From the NCBI GenBank assembly GCA_002256025.1, contig NKIB01013542.1, positions 1 through 55,854 of the forward strand: a DNA stretch of 55,854 nt. Direction: 5' to 3'. The position numbers and the translations under genes are program-made. Position 1 is the stretch's first letter, and each line of letters starts with the position of its first letter. Under the pieces are notes generated by a model. The model had not been told where the DNA came from. It saw nothing but the letters and a program-made list of their open reading frames with translations, and made no database searches. The DNA is from Asterionella formosa (taxonomy: Eukaryota). Positions 1 through 13,451 of the stretch are shown one piece after another.

Positions 1-227
1 AGGACTTTGTCTAATACAGATTTATAATATTACAAATATTCGTCTCAAACCGTGTGATTACCCCGTTTTGTTATGACTATCAGTACAAAACTGAAAGTTT
101 GTATGACTCTCAGTTTTTAGGTGGTACCAGGTACCATAATCCATACCAGTACCGGTGCCCTGATACACTCTATCACTTTTCCTCGTCATCAATACAAAAT
201 CTCACGTCTCCTCGATTTTCCATGAAA

Positions 228-962
228 ATGGCAGCGAACTATTCTCTCGACGCTTCAGAAACCGCCATTGTGCTCATTGAGTTCCAAAATGAGTTTGCTA
301 CTGAAGGGGGCAAGCTTCATGCAGCTGTGAAAGAGAGCATGGACGCGAATGGGACGCTCGAGAACGCCAAGAAGGTTATGGATGGGGCCCGAGAAGCTGG
401 ATGTGCCATCATTCACTGTCCCATTGCATTTGAGAAGGTGAGTATAGGCGAAAATTTTCTCGTTGGGAGGAAAGTGACTGCGTTTTGCATGATATAATGA
501 ATTACTAACGGTCATGGCGTCATCGAACTGCTCTCACAGGGTCACAAGGAGATTTCCTCGACTCCCTACGGAATTTTGGCTGGTGTCAAGGAAGGCGAAG
601 CATTTTTGGCAGGTCAATGGGGTTCTGAAATCTGCTCGATGATGGCCCCGTCCGAAGAAGATCTGATTGTCAAGGGAAAGATTGGTCTTTGCGGATTCCA
701 TTCTACCAACCTTGACTTCTTGCTTCGTCAAAACAACATCAAGAATCTGGTCCTTTGTGGTTTCCTTACAAATTGCTGCATTGAGTCTTCGATGCGAACT
801 GCATATGAGCATGGGTACAAAGTCTACACTTTGAAAGACTGCTGCGCGGCCACCAGTATCGCAGGTCATGACGCTGCGTTTGAATATACATTTGGTATGT
901 TTTCTGTCCCAACCAATAGTGAGGAGCTGCTCTCTGCCCTTCAGAAACCTGTGGTGGCATAA
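228..962 (+). CDS. Isochorismatase-family cysteine hydrolase (RutB/nicotinamidase-like); exons 228-437 and 540-962
   Basis: Motifs TAIVLIEFQNEF, K-x-GLCGF and GFLTNCCIESSMRTAYEHGY. Intron 438-539 is GTGAGT...CAG with a TACTAAC branch site near 503, and splicing joins FEK|GHKEIS in frame. An alternative ATG lies at 222. Confidence 0.9.
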
Positions 963-1111
963 GCTCATCGCCACCTAGCAAGTTTGGCAGTTCCTATTGG
1001 ATTCTCTTTGCTTTTTATATTTAGAGCCGGGAGTCAAATTGGTGCAGGTTTTAAATAAAGTAGACCTCAACATTCTATCTCACACTGTGTACTGGTAACT
1101 ATACTTCCGAA

Positions 1112-3029
1112 TCATGATTCAACTGCCTTGTCTTCCTCTCTGCCAGCTTGTGCACGTGAGGAGTCAACGCCTTCTGACAAATCGGATAAGACAGTATCGA
1201 CGAGTAGAGATGGTGGAATCGCCTCGGGAAGTTCCCACCACGAGTCTGGATGATATCCAGCAAACATTACACATAAGGCCTCATTGAATTGTGCTTGGAA
1301 CCTAGTTAGTGGAATGTCGTTAGGGACGTTTTCAAACGGACTTTCCAATTCACGTGCCACTTCGTTTAGACCCTGGTCTCGAGTAGGTGGCAAAAGCATA
1401 AACATCATTATGAGTTAGGGTGGTCAATGCTCATCATATTATGATACCTTTTATGACATAGGAATAACGTACCACGAAGCATACCACAGTCGTAAAGTTC
1501 AAGACACACGCGAAGGCTAGGCTATTCACGTATGAGAAGAACAGCAAAGGAAACACAAAAATAATGACCAAAATGAATAAGATTGTGATCTGTGCACTTG
1601 GGAAGGGAAAGTCCACGTACGCAACCTTACGGCATTGATTGTATCCCACCATACCATCCGAAATCATGTGAAATAGTCGACTTAAGAGGGGGCCCGACAC
1701 CTCCCCTGTGCTACCAGCCTTAGTTTCTCTTGCTATAAATTCTGTCAACCACATTGAGCAAAGGGATACTTTCGCCTGCAGGATTGACGAAGAGTAAGAT
1801 GCGAGTCAATCGACATATTCTATCGCTACAGGCGCAAGCGCATCACTTACATATGGGCCCCTTGCCTCTTGAAGGCATCGCACTTCTTCGTCACTTATTC
1901 CTCCAAAGACCTGAAACGGCCGAGCAGCATTGTATGCAGATCGCGATTCAACTGATCTTGAGAGTCCAAACACAAAATAAGTAGCTCTCCAAAAGATATG
2001 GGGCAAGTCGCTAGCTTCACTGGGCCGGAAATCGTCAGGATCCACTGGTGGCCATGCCTCGCCAGGCTTAAATTTAGTCAACGGCAAGTTCGTGGCTTTT
2101 TGATCATGCCTCAAAGTTGCCATGGCCACTGCCGAAAGTAAACTTAGCAAATGTGCCGCTTCTTGTAGAAACAGACTAACTTCTTGTGTGTCGATACCAC
2201 CATTTAATTTGGAGGACGTTCTGACATGCCTGGAAATCTTCTTGTCTCTGAGAATGCCAAAGCCACCACTGAAAAACTCACTGCTCGCATCGGCATTGAT
2301 TGATTTGTTGCGTACGCGTGGACTTTTCTCGTCCGAAAGCAAATCTTGGAATCGCTCTCGAGAAGTAGGTGCATTGATTGACGTTCTGCGCTGCGGCGGT
2401 CTCTTATCTTCGGCAACTAGATCTTGTAGTCGCTCTCGAGACGCCTTTCGGCTTCCGAACTTTATTCCACTTGTCCTTCTTGCCAATGTTGCTACACTCT
2501 TTCGCCGATGCTTCTGCATGAAATTCATCATCCCGCCTACATTCTTCTCACTACTTGCAATCGCTTCATTTAATCTCATCTCGTGCTGATCACTCGTCAT
2601 GGCCTCGCTCAAGCGTGCTCTTGACCTAGATTCGTCTCCAAGAACGCTGTCTTGCTTGCCGAGTATTGGAGGTTTGATGGCATCATATTGATGACTTTGT
2701 AGATGGAAGGCTGCCAGTGCCAATCCCGAATCGAGCCACTTGGATAGCATGAGGTGGCAATCAGTGGTGGCTTCCCAGTAACGACCGTACGCAAAATTGG
2801 CCCGAAAGGTAATGAGAAACGTAAAGAATCCAACGAGTACACCAATGACGTATGGATCGGTTGTGATTCGGAGAGTATCGTTTTCCTGTATTCTATGGTC
2901 CTTGACTCGCACGTAAAAGGTTAGAATCATGGTGGAGAAGAAGGCTGGAACGGCAGATTTGTAAACTGCAGAGCCATGAACTCGAGTGATGGTCTGAAGG
3001 CCCCAGTAGTTGCGTTTGTAAATGATCAT
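1112..3029 (-). CDS. Bestrophin-like (UPF0187-type) anion channel; exons 3029-1851, 1775-1473 and 1372-1112
   Basis: N-terminal FLITFRANFAYGRYWEA and C-terminal FPFPSAQ and GLNEVARELESPFENVPNDIPL motifs. Two GT-AG introns (1850-1776, 1472-1373) join three ORF-track fragments in frame. Confidence 0.85.
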
Positions 3030-3397
3030 GTTGTTGGCAGAACTCAGTTCCTTAGTTAAAGAATGAGCGATTTGTTGTTCAGAATCATGATTCTCTCTAT
3101 TACCCTACGCATCATGGAGTTACAACGAATGATGTTGATTTCATCAAAATCTTCACATGTAACAGCAGGAGTATACCGGTATACATATTATGCATTTTTC
3201 TTATGGATATTTATTTGTAAATGCACCGGTAAAGATTTATATAGAATTATTTTATGTAGAATTTAATTTGCTTCATGCCTCAATATTTATAAATGCAGGT
3301 GAATCATAAAAGAACAACATCACACCCTGTTCTATTTTTATACATACAGATATACTGTATTTACGGATTCTTTCCGGGTAGACTGAATTCACTTTAA

Positions 3398-4770
3398 GTC
3401 CCTGCATTTGAACCCTAGGCAAAAATTAAAATATTGCTTAGGGTTGCCGAAATTCCCTGGAACTAAGAACTTTTATGTGCTAATTTGAATATCAATGATT
3501 CCGTTTGAAATATTCAAATGAGTGGAAATTTGCGCGTACGTACATAGATTCCTTTTCGAATTCGCTAAAAAAATATATAAACATTCTACATTGCTACATG
3601 TATATATAGTAAGAACCTACACCGGTAATACGATCAACATATATGTGGCATACAAGCTGGCAGCATCATGGCAAATACTTTTGTTGATAACTACCGGTAA
3701 GAAACAAACAAACACAACAATCCACCATGAGCGAAATTTCACATTACAACAATGACAATGGCAATGACGAATTTAACTACAGCCATGACAGTTGTCCTAC
3801 CTGTCAAGACCGGTTGACTGTAGTTTTGGCTGTGGAGGGATGTGAGGATCACATCTTCTGCAAATACTGCGATTTTGGTTGCCCCAAATGTCAGTGCCAA
3901 TGGGATGCAGTCGAAGAGTTGGTGGAAAAGTTCTTGGAAGGTGAATCCATTCTCAGCAGAGTGAAGGATGAAGACATAACGGCATCAAGAGCCCGCAATC
4001 TTCTATACAAGTGTTTAATCAGAGTTTTCTGTGGTCCATTGGGAAAAGGTGTTCGGATGCAAATTCCTGACTGTTGTTTGAAGGGGGTTTGATCTCTTTT
4101 GAAGAACTTGGACACAAACGAAGAGTACACTGGCTTCGAACCTGTTTCTAAATGCTCTAAATCTAGCTAGTAGTGATCAGTTTTTTTATTATTTTCATTC
4201 ATTTCAATATATTTATCACTTCAATGCGCCTACATATGTCGGTTCAAAATCCTTTAGAAGCAAGTGAGGTGGCATGTATTCTTCGACTTTCTCTATATAA
4301 TTTTTTAACATTGTTCTATAGTTTAATAGTTTAACCCATCAATAGTAACAACAAACAATATAGACAACAACATCAACATGCCACGCACTACTAGTGGTGG
4401 CCGTCTCGTTTCCGAAATTGGAACTGGTGGACATTAGGTCGAAATGTCATCAGCGATGAAAATCAGAATTGGTGGTCATTGTCATCAGCATCCTCACCCC
4501 CTCTCCCCACAATTAAAGCGACTAAACAACAACAGAAACAACTACCACCTGAACAACAGAAAAGGAACCACTTTATCGACTGTAATTCATTCACCAGATT
4601 GTTGAATGACAATGTGATTTGCAAGAGTTGTGTAAATGCATATGTCAAAGAATGTTGTAAACAAGCAGTACAAGAAACCCTAACCGAAATTTCCAGTCTT
4701 TTTAGCATAGTAAAAAAACCGAAGTTCCTTTCTGCAGTATCTCGACAGATCCTATGTATATCCTGACGAG
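3398..4770 (+). mobile_element. Decayed TTAA-flanked DNA transposon left end, Kolobok-like; right end not found
   Basis: Begins right after TTAA (3394-3397). 3398-~3675 is homologous to 33697-~34240, which also begins right after TTAA. It carries two degraded ORFs (3727-4170 and ~4378-4766). Confidence 0.5.
3727..4170 (+). pseudogene. Cys-rich ORF with a P2X7-ballast/ZCD (KolX-like) C-terminal motif, interrupted by TGA at 4090-4092
   Basis: Reading through the stop gives RARNLLYK...GPLGKGVRMQIPDCCLKGV*SLLKNLDTNEEYTGF, resembling the LGKGxRxxIPxCxxxxIRxxFP...YTGF consensus. The stop falls at the conserved Arg position (CGA>TGA). Confidence 0.55.
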
Positions 4771-5941
4771 ATATAGCGTTGACCTATACCCCTACTTTTG
4801 TCAATGACTGTATTTAAGCATATGGAGAGTGTGTGTGTTGGTGAAAGCTCCGTTAAGCGATATACATTTACGTTTTACTCGTAAGAAGTGTGTGTTTGAG
4901 TACTCTGACTCAATATTATTATATTTTTAACCCTACCTCTAAACTAGGGTTGAAATTCTTGCCCCTATGCTCAATTCATCGGATTTTTCATTTCTGAAAA
5001 TTTAATTTAAATCTAAAGAAGTGTAAGTTTCTGGAGGTATGCATGGCAATAAGCTTCACTAAAGGTTAAAATTCAGCTGCATTAGAAGCCTGGCAGCCAA
5101 AATAATCTCAGCGAAAATGAAAATTGACAATGGGTAAAGGTGCCATCATTTCATGCCTTTTTAAGCACATTCACATATCACTGTTGGTCAGAAATCATCT
5201 TATGAATATTGAAAAGGTTCACTGACATGAAAGAATGACAGTTCTGGAGGGAGCTCAAGAAAATCAGAGGTCCTCATGAGATGATGGCCATTGCAGTCAC
5301 AGCTCGTCCACAAACTGTGGATGGTGATCTAGAATTTTTTACTATTGTGAAGCCGATTATCTACTTGAGGAGGCAACAGAAGATGAAGTGATGCCTTCAC
5401 AGCTCGGGGCATTTAGAAGTTTGCTACAGGAGGTAGTTGGATGCATCAAATGAAGTGAAAGCTCTCTCATCAGAGGGTTGGGGTACATACCTTGAAAAAA
5501 TCACACAAAGGTGAATGTATATACCGGTTTGTATAGGTATGGTGTAACTTTCCCTGTTCCTACATATTCCTACATACATACCTGCTGCTAACTTCACTTG
5601 AGTTGTGTCCTTGCCTGTTCATGTGACATTTTGGCAGCGATTGCCACTGCCACTGTCATTCAGTCACTGCTGTCTCTGCCTCTCACCTTCAATCCCCCAT
5701 TTAGCAAAAATATTTCAAATGGTCAAAGAGTTCTTCTCAAAATGTGCTGCACCATCACCCCCAAAGAATTCAGGAAAACTGACAGGAATGAATATGTAAT
5801 AAATATTGATCATGGTAACATGTACAGCTATTATATCTTGATATACCTTAGCCATCACTAAAAAACACGAGTGAAGCACCTTTTCATTGCTGTATTTGTA
5901 GATGGGATGCACCTGTTACACTTAAGGCTAGTTGATCATTT

Positions 5942-8900
5942 TTATGCATCAGAGTCTTCACTATCATCACTGCCCTCTTCATCTTCTCCAATGGCGACGC
6001 TTAGTGGAATGGTGTACTCTTGATCACAACCCAAGTAACTATCACTCATGCAGAAGAGAGTCAATGTGTAGTCACCTGCTTCATCAGGTGCCATGAACTC
6101 TAGCACCACCTGCTGCTTGTGTTGCAACGACACCCTCTTAAGTGAAAGAAGAGAGTTGTTCGATGTATCACCAATAGAAACCCACCAACCTTCATGCTTG
6201 TCACCAGGAAAGAATGGTGCAGAAACTATTCCAAGTTGTCCCATCTCAGAATCATCCAAATCTTCTTCACATTCTCGTTCCAAGCAAACCACGATCTGAA
6301 CAGAGGCGCCTGCTGTCACATCATTTGGATCCTTTACTTCAAATGTTACCTCCACGTTGGGATAATTATTGCAGAAAATGGCGACATCAGCCATTTTTTC
6401 ATCTGTAAGGCAAAGTAAAGCATTTCTCGTGTCATCTTCAAGGGTGAGAATATCGAACACGGTTTCAATAGGTTCTTCACCTTTATATGAGACACATCGC
6501 TTAATTATCTCATCGGTAAAATGGGGTATTTGCTTTAGAACATGATCATTACTCCACAGGCCTTGTACAGTCATTTGACTTAGTTCCATCGCAGCAAGTG
6601 CAGGCTTCAACCAACCATTGCTACTTATAACATCAACAATTGCTTGGATGAGTGTAATGCTCTCCCTTACAACCAAACGTTGATCTATGCGGAGATCGGA
6701 CGACAAGGCGGTTCTACTGAAGTGACTCTGTAAAAGAAGCAAAGCCTTGGTATTTGAGTCATGGAACTGTGCAGACTCAGGCAGTTTGTGTCTGATAGTC
6801 CGAGAAAGGATCCTCAATGCCTTCTCTTCTCCAAATCGAATTGGCAGCGAAGAAAATTCAGAGGCAGCTGCCAGGATTTCCATCACTCCTCTTATCTTTG
6901 TCTTTTCAGTAACGGACGACGCAATCAATTCAATAGTAGTGTATTGGGTATAATAATATGCAGCAATCATCCCAAGATTCAGTGGAGTGACATCGCCGTT
7001 CTCTGTCATCTGACAGCATTTGCTCTCCTCGAGATCACCAAGAACTGTTTCAACCATCTCACTCAAATGCTCACTGAGGTGCACGTTCGAAGTGCCCTGT
7101 AGACCGTAATAGTTTGGATTCTTGGCCAGTCTGCGATAAAGGAACGTCCACGTAATATAGTCGACAGCATCCTGCATACTACTGATTGTCTTGGTCACAA
7201 TCTCCGAGTTGAAATGATCATGGAGATAATGATCAAGGTGGCTTTCAATAGGAAGAGGGTCATATAGAAGCTTCTTCAAATAGTCCTTCTTGGGTTGGTG
7301 GCAAAGAATCACGCACTTTCCATTTTTGTCCACATCTTGTCGTGTTGCACGTCCCATCATGTGGAGGAGATTCACAATAGGATAGTCGACGTGACGCCTT
7401 TCCCGACCATCATACCCCTCTGTTCCCATGATAATGACCAAATGAGCATAGCAGCTTAGCTTCCAACACAAATCAACAGGACAAACTAAGACTCGAAGAG
7501 TCTCACTGTTGTACAATTGTGTTACAGCCTCCCAATCAGCTTCAACCATACCCTCATGGACAAATCCAATGCCAGCCGAAATGACATGCCGCAATGCTGA
7601 GTCTCGTAAATCAGACGAAATATCATCGATTTCTGCTGGGCTCATAGTCTCACCCAAGAAATTCGAATCCCCTTGGCTCTCATGATATGTCATCAAGTCA
7701 ATGGCAGTTAGTTGCGCCTGCTTCATGCTCGGAACAAAAACAATAACTGACTTTTCACCCGAGTGGCGAACAATAGAATTATAAACTGGCTTTGACATGG
7801 CCATCAACCTCGCAGAATAATTACTTTGGTCAAATGATTGAAAGTAAATCTCCAGCGGAATAGGTCGCACTCTTGGTGAGAAGTTAAACAAGCTTTTGTT
7901 CGATACTCCCATCCACTCTCCAACTTCTCTAGCATTGGCAAGGGAGGCACCCAGCCCAACTATTCGCATCTTTGTATCACCTTCTAGTTGACTGCTGATG
8001 TATCGCATTCTAGAGATCACGACTTCCATTGTTGGACCAAGATCCCCTCCTAAGAAATGGAGTTCATCGAATATAATCAGTGCAACTGACTGCACAGCTT
8101 TTCGTTGTCTCCAGCGTCGACTGAGCATATCCCACTGTTTCACGGTTGCAACGATAATCTTTCCACCGGTCAATAATCTCAGGTCTGGAGCAGTCTCACC
8201 GACTAGCTTAACCACCATGGCTGATCCAAGTATGGCTCCAAAGCGTGCTTTCCAGTTCTCAAAGATGGGCAGCGCAATTTGCTCATTTGGTGCTACAAAT
8301 ACACACTTTCCTGTTGGATTAGAAACAAGCATGCGTAGAATAGCAAATTCGGCCAGCGTCGTTTTGCCCGAGCCAGACGGGGCGCAGATCAATGCGTTTC
8401 GATCTGTCTTGAATAGTTCATGGAAAGTCTGAGTCTGAATGGGGTTGAACTCCTTGAATGAGAATAACTTCGAAAGCGCAGATTCGCCTATTGCCGAAGT
8501 AGACAGTGGATGGAGGTCAAGCAGCTCCGTTGGAGGAGGAAACTTTGCCGGCAGAATTGTCTTGCCAAAGGAAATCGGCAAAACGGATTCAGAGTGTAGC
8601 CACCTGTCCGCGATGACTCTGATGAAATACACTGGAGGGAGGGGCTCCGTTACTGGAACAGTAAAAACAAGTGTGTGCTCATCGTCGTCGCTCCTACTTT
8701 TGAGCGAGAACATCTCATGATGCAAGATCTGCTCGCCATTGACATCTTCAATGATTACGTGGAATAGCTGAACATAACCATGAATATTGACGTCGAATTC
8801 AAATGCTGGAACCAAAGTAAGTTCCACTCGAATCATGGACCTCGTGATTGGCTGAATGTGAGCAGATAGTTCGAGCCGCGGAAACTGATGTACTAGTTTG

Positions 8901-11900
8901 TGTAGAATGCGGCCCATCTTAGGGACTCCAACAAGTTCACCTAGATCCGACGGTGTCAAGTCAGGATACCTAGCCCATTCAATATCACTCTTTCGTTCAA
9001 GCTTTCGCGCTACAATTTCAGGAACATTTTTGAACTGTCGAAGCGGGGTTTGACTTCTCCACATACGATGAGTGATCATGTTGGCAAACGAAAGAGTCAG
9101 CTTGGCAAGAGCAGACCAGTTTCGGCGCAAAGCGATCTCGAATAGTGCACGCATGATTCTTGCCGCAGACTGTTGGATAAAAGCCATATCCGAGACAAGA
9201 GCAAAGCCCTCCAGCTTCAATCGAGAAATATACGCTTGCAACAGAATATTGATCTTTGCAGATGGTTCACTGGGACTTTCTTTAACAGGAATGGGGACCT
9301 TGCCAGCCAACTTCACAAGTTCAAGCTTTTCCTCTTCACGCACTGTGATGTGGAGGAATTCACCACTCATTGCAAACAAGCGAAGGAGCTCGATGTCGCT
9401 CATATTTGGTCTCATGTGTCTACTGTACTGGGCCATTGACGAGTGGGAGATATAGTATTGACTTGATACTCGGCCCAAAGGAGTGGATTGAAGTGACCCG
9501 CTCTTTCGATCATATCTCACCAAGTGGCTTTTCTCCAGGAGAGCTGCAGCAGTGTGAGCTAAGTCAAGACGTCGACGTTTCAGTGTAGGGTCGCCTGCCA
9601 ACGTCGTCTCCGGATTAGAAATTCCGTACAGTCCTGGATTCTGTAACATACGAATGTAGAGGAATGTGTAACTCAACCATTCCACAGCTTCGCTGACTGA
9701 CTGAATTGTGCCCAAAACTATTTCGGCATTCAAATGATCAGGCAATGTCTTAATCAATTGACTCTCAACTGGGAGCTGCAAGTTTGTTAAAGATAGGTAA
9801 TATTGTAGTTCACTGTGTTTCGTCATAATTATCCCTTCGCCCTCGCTATCGTATTGAGGTCGTCCAGCTCGTCCAAGCATCTGAAGTACATCCAGTGGAC
9901 TCAACTCTGCCCATCGACCTTTGGCAGGATCATAGATTTCCGTCCCTTTGATGATCACTGCATGTGCCGGCAAATTTACACCCCATGCCAGTGTAGCCGT
10001 AGTGCAGAGAACAGCAATGTGTCTATCAGCAAAGAGGTCTTCAACAAGCTCGCGATCCTCACGGGCCATTCCAGCATGGTGAATAGCAAACCCATATTGC
10101 AGCACCTCTTTGAGGTCGGCATTCTTGACACTAACGGATTCCTCCCTTAAAATCTCCTGTGTCGCTCCACCGTCACGAACAAAATTCGCTAATTCATCAC
10201 GATCTAATGCGAGGTCACGAATCGCTTTTGCAGTCTTGCCAGTTTCCGCCCTGCTGTGTACGAAGATAAGCAGTTGATTTCCTTGTCGACGTTGAGTTAA
10301 AGCCTTTTCATAACATATTTCATTTTGAAGTTGCATTCGTTTAAAAGCATTCTTCTCTGTGATTCCAACGTATTGCATCTGTAAAGGAACTGGGCGATAT
10401 GAATGATCAAAGAAGAAGAGGCCCTTGTCAGGTTTGACCCTAAGGAAAGTAGCAACATCCGCATAATTGGGCAGAGTCGCGGAAAGCCCAACCAGGCGAA
10501 CTGGTTCGGCATTTGTTTCCACTTGTCGAATGATACGCGCGACAATGCTTTCCAAAACTGGTCCTCTCTCGTCATGTAACAAATGAATTTCGTCGATGAT
10601 TACAAGTCTAACCAGTTGCGTGTAAGCCCTTCCTTCTCCTTGTCGAGTAACGATATCAAATTTTTCAGGTGTTGTTACCAAGAGCTGAGTCTCCGCGATT
10701 TGCTGACGAGACAGGCTCGAATCTCCAGAAAGCTCTCTGACCACAATTCCATATCCTTCTAATCGTTTGGAAAAGTTCTTGACAACCTCCTGAACCAGGG
10801 CTTTCATAGGTGCAACATAGACAATCTTGAATTTATTGAGATCAAAGATCGCCTTCTTTTCCTCCATGTCGTCCTCATGATCACCAATCCCTCTCAACTC
10901 TTTCTTATACTGTCCGAGAATGTTAAGCATGGTTAGCATGGCCACATTTGTTTTTCCCGCTCCCGTCGGAGCGCAAAGAAGAATATTTTCCGAAGTCTCC
11001 AAAGCAACTTGTGCTAATTTGGATTGTATTCGGTTCAATTTATCCATTCCTTTAAAGGCAGCGTGCGTCCATTCAGGAAGCTCAGCAATATGAACAAGCT
11101 TTTCGTCCTTTGGAACAATGCTGCGTACTGCCGGAACGTGCACCTCTTCATATCCCTTCTTCATGGCTCTCCAAGAGTTGTCAGGAAGATTGCATTTCTT
11201 GTTGCTCATAGTATGTGCTCCATCACGAAAGGCCAAGGTTTCCAAGTCAAGTTCAATAGCTTCTTCATCCTGTTCATTGTCGATATCCATATTTTTGCGT
11301 TCATTTTCGGGTTTCCCTTCAAGGCTAGCAAGGGGCGCGAGAACGTCTTTGTCGCCTCGAAACGAATCCGAGACTTCACGCATGCGATCTCGGGTCCAAT
11401 CTTCTGCCTTACTTTTTGAGTGCAATTCTTCCCAAACTTGTGTTCCCTCGACATCAATTTGAAGAAAACGCTCGATTTCATCTCGCTCGTCATCGTTTTG
11501 TGCCTTTTTTATTGCGATACAAGCCCAGATCTTGATTCGATTGTTGAGAATCAACTTAATTGTATCAAAGGCTTCGAAGCCCAACAAAACCAAAAGCTTA
11601 TTTTCGCATTCCCGCAAGTCACTTGTATTTCTCAATACTCCGTGCACATCACTTGCAATCTTGGCGCAGACATCAGCATCGGGAACGTACTTTGCGAGTT
11701 GACGCTGCAGAAAATGAGCATCAATTTCATGGACCGACAAGATACGGTCGCTCCCGTGCGACTGCTTTTTCTTGTCATCTACACTTCCCTGTAATACACG
11801 ATCTTCATCGCTGTCATTATCGTCGTTTTTGGCTGGAGCTGGGCCTTCCTCTTCGCTGTCTTCTTCCTCTGAACTGGAAGCAACAACGTCAGCCACCACA

Positions 11901-12667
11901 TCCTCGCCGTCACTCTCTCCATCGTCATCTTCTGATTCATCAAATACCACTGCTACACCCATTTCATCTTCCACATTGGTATCCTCGCCTCCACCCTGTT
12001 GATTCAGCTCGTCGTAGTCATCCAGTCCCTTTCCCAATTGCACGAGCTGCGAGAACTGTTCGGTATTCAACTGATTTGTTTTCCCCGTCAAGACACGTGA
12101 AATTTCCGTCTGACGATCTGGATCACGCATATGCTGGTCCTTGAGAGTTTCTATGATGATTTGAGCAGCATCTCGCAGTATGGCAGTGTCTTGGTTGGCG
12201 AGAAAGGCTCTTGATGCAATCATGGTCTGTTTCAAGGAGTAGGGAGAAATGATTGATTGATTGTCAGGTCAAGGAGCCGAGAAGCAAATTACAGAACACA
12301 CAACAGCTTATCCAGCCAGTGCTTCAATCAGACCTACCAATAAAGATTCATAACTTCTCTTCGCCCCCGGCGTTGATGGCTGATACCCCGTCACATCCAT
12401 ATCTAAAATGGTCTGACCAGCACTCGCAAGTGCAACGCGCTCTTTCTTTGGCTTGACACTTTCTGTCTTAGCCTTCTTCCTCGTCGGTTCTGGAGCTGCC
12501 ACGACTCTATCTCCCATGCGCCCTGCGTCCCCTCGACCCCGGAGCGTCTCGACTTCCCCAGTTGGTTCCCTCCGACGTCCTCGCAACTGAGACCTATCCG
12601 CCTGCTCCACCTTGTTGGACATCTCCGCGTACGCATAGCGCTTCTGTAAGGCTTCGCGTTCTGCCAT
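5942..12667 (-). CDS. SNRNP200: U5 snRNP 200 kDa helicase (Brr2); exons 12667-12338 and 12226-5942, about 2204 aa
   Basis: Two helicase cassettes (APTGAGKT/DEIH and APSGSGKT/DELH), Sec63 domains and C-terminal MSDSYLGCDQEY. N-terminal YAEMSNKV...REPTGEVETL lies in exon 1. The GTAGGT...ACAG intron 12337-12227 keeps the frame. Confidence 0.97.
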
Positions 12668-13451
12668 GCTGTTTTTGCTACGATGTACTGTGAAGAAGGA
12701 AAAGGGAGAGAGATAGAGGGAGTTTGACGAAGCAAAAGCAGTTGGATGACCTGAACAATGAGGTACAAAACTGATGCAAGTGTGTCTGTGCGTGTGTGCA
12801 AATGTGATGATGATATTCAAACCATGATAGTATAAATATGATTACCGGTAGGATTTTTACCATCACTCAATTGCCGGACTCCTAAACCGGTACGAGTATG
12901 ATTTATTTAACGCTGACTCTGATCAAGCATTATCTCGCTCAGCCTTGCTTTCTTATACCTCCCTCTGCTGGTGGCTGGTGAAAATGCGTATGGTACCTGG
13001 TACCAGGTAGCAGGTTGTCTACCGGTAGACTACGGTATCTTACATATTTACGGACATTTTTGCAAGCGGTATGTCGGATCATGAGGATCAAACAAGTGAG
13101 ATGCCATATTCCTTGCAGGCATCGTTTGACGAAAGCAAACAAGAAAAAGAAGGTGCCACTGCCTGTCGTTCTGTCATCAATCGCGCTCTTCTATTCATGC
13201 ACAGCGCGTACCTGTTACATTTGTTACGGTAGTACCAGGTACCTGGTACTGGTACCAGGTAGAGATAAAGAATGTATCAATGGTAATACCGTAGTGGTCA
13301 GATCAATTCCATCCTCGCCAACAATACATAGTAAGGTCACTACTCACCACCAGCCACTGTTCATTTCAGAATCCCATCACTTCCTCTTCTCACCACTGAT
13401 TAAGAAATACGTTAAAGCTTTGAAGCCGGAGTGAACAAGAGAAGATTAGGA

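Noticed and set aside
4090..4092. Selenocysteine or programmed read-through at the in-frame TGA
   Set aside because: The position corresponds to Arg rather than Cys in the motif, no SECIS was recognised, and the surrounding element is decayed. A CGA>TGA mutation is simpler.
4944..5926. Right terminus of the Kolobok-like element (CTAGGGTTGAAAT at ~4944 or CACTTAA at ~5920)
   Set aside because: Only a partial inverted match, with no terminal repeat adjacent to TTAA.
6093..12144. Many plus-strand ORFs within BRR2
   Set aside because: They are antisense shadows of a long coding exon with no recognisable motifs. The same applies to those over CPSF2, the bestrophin gene and the LETM1-like gene.
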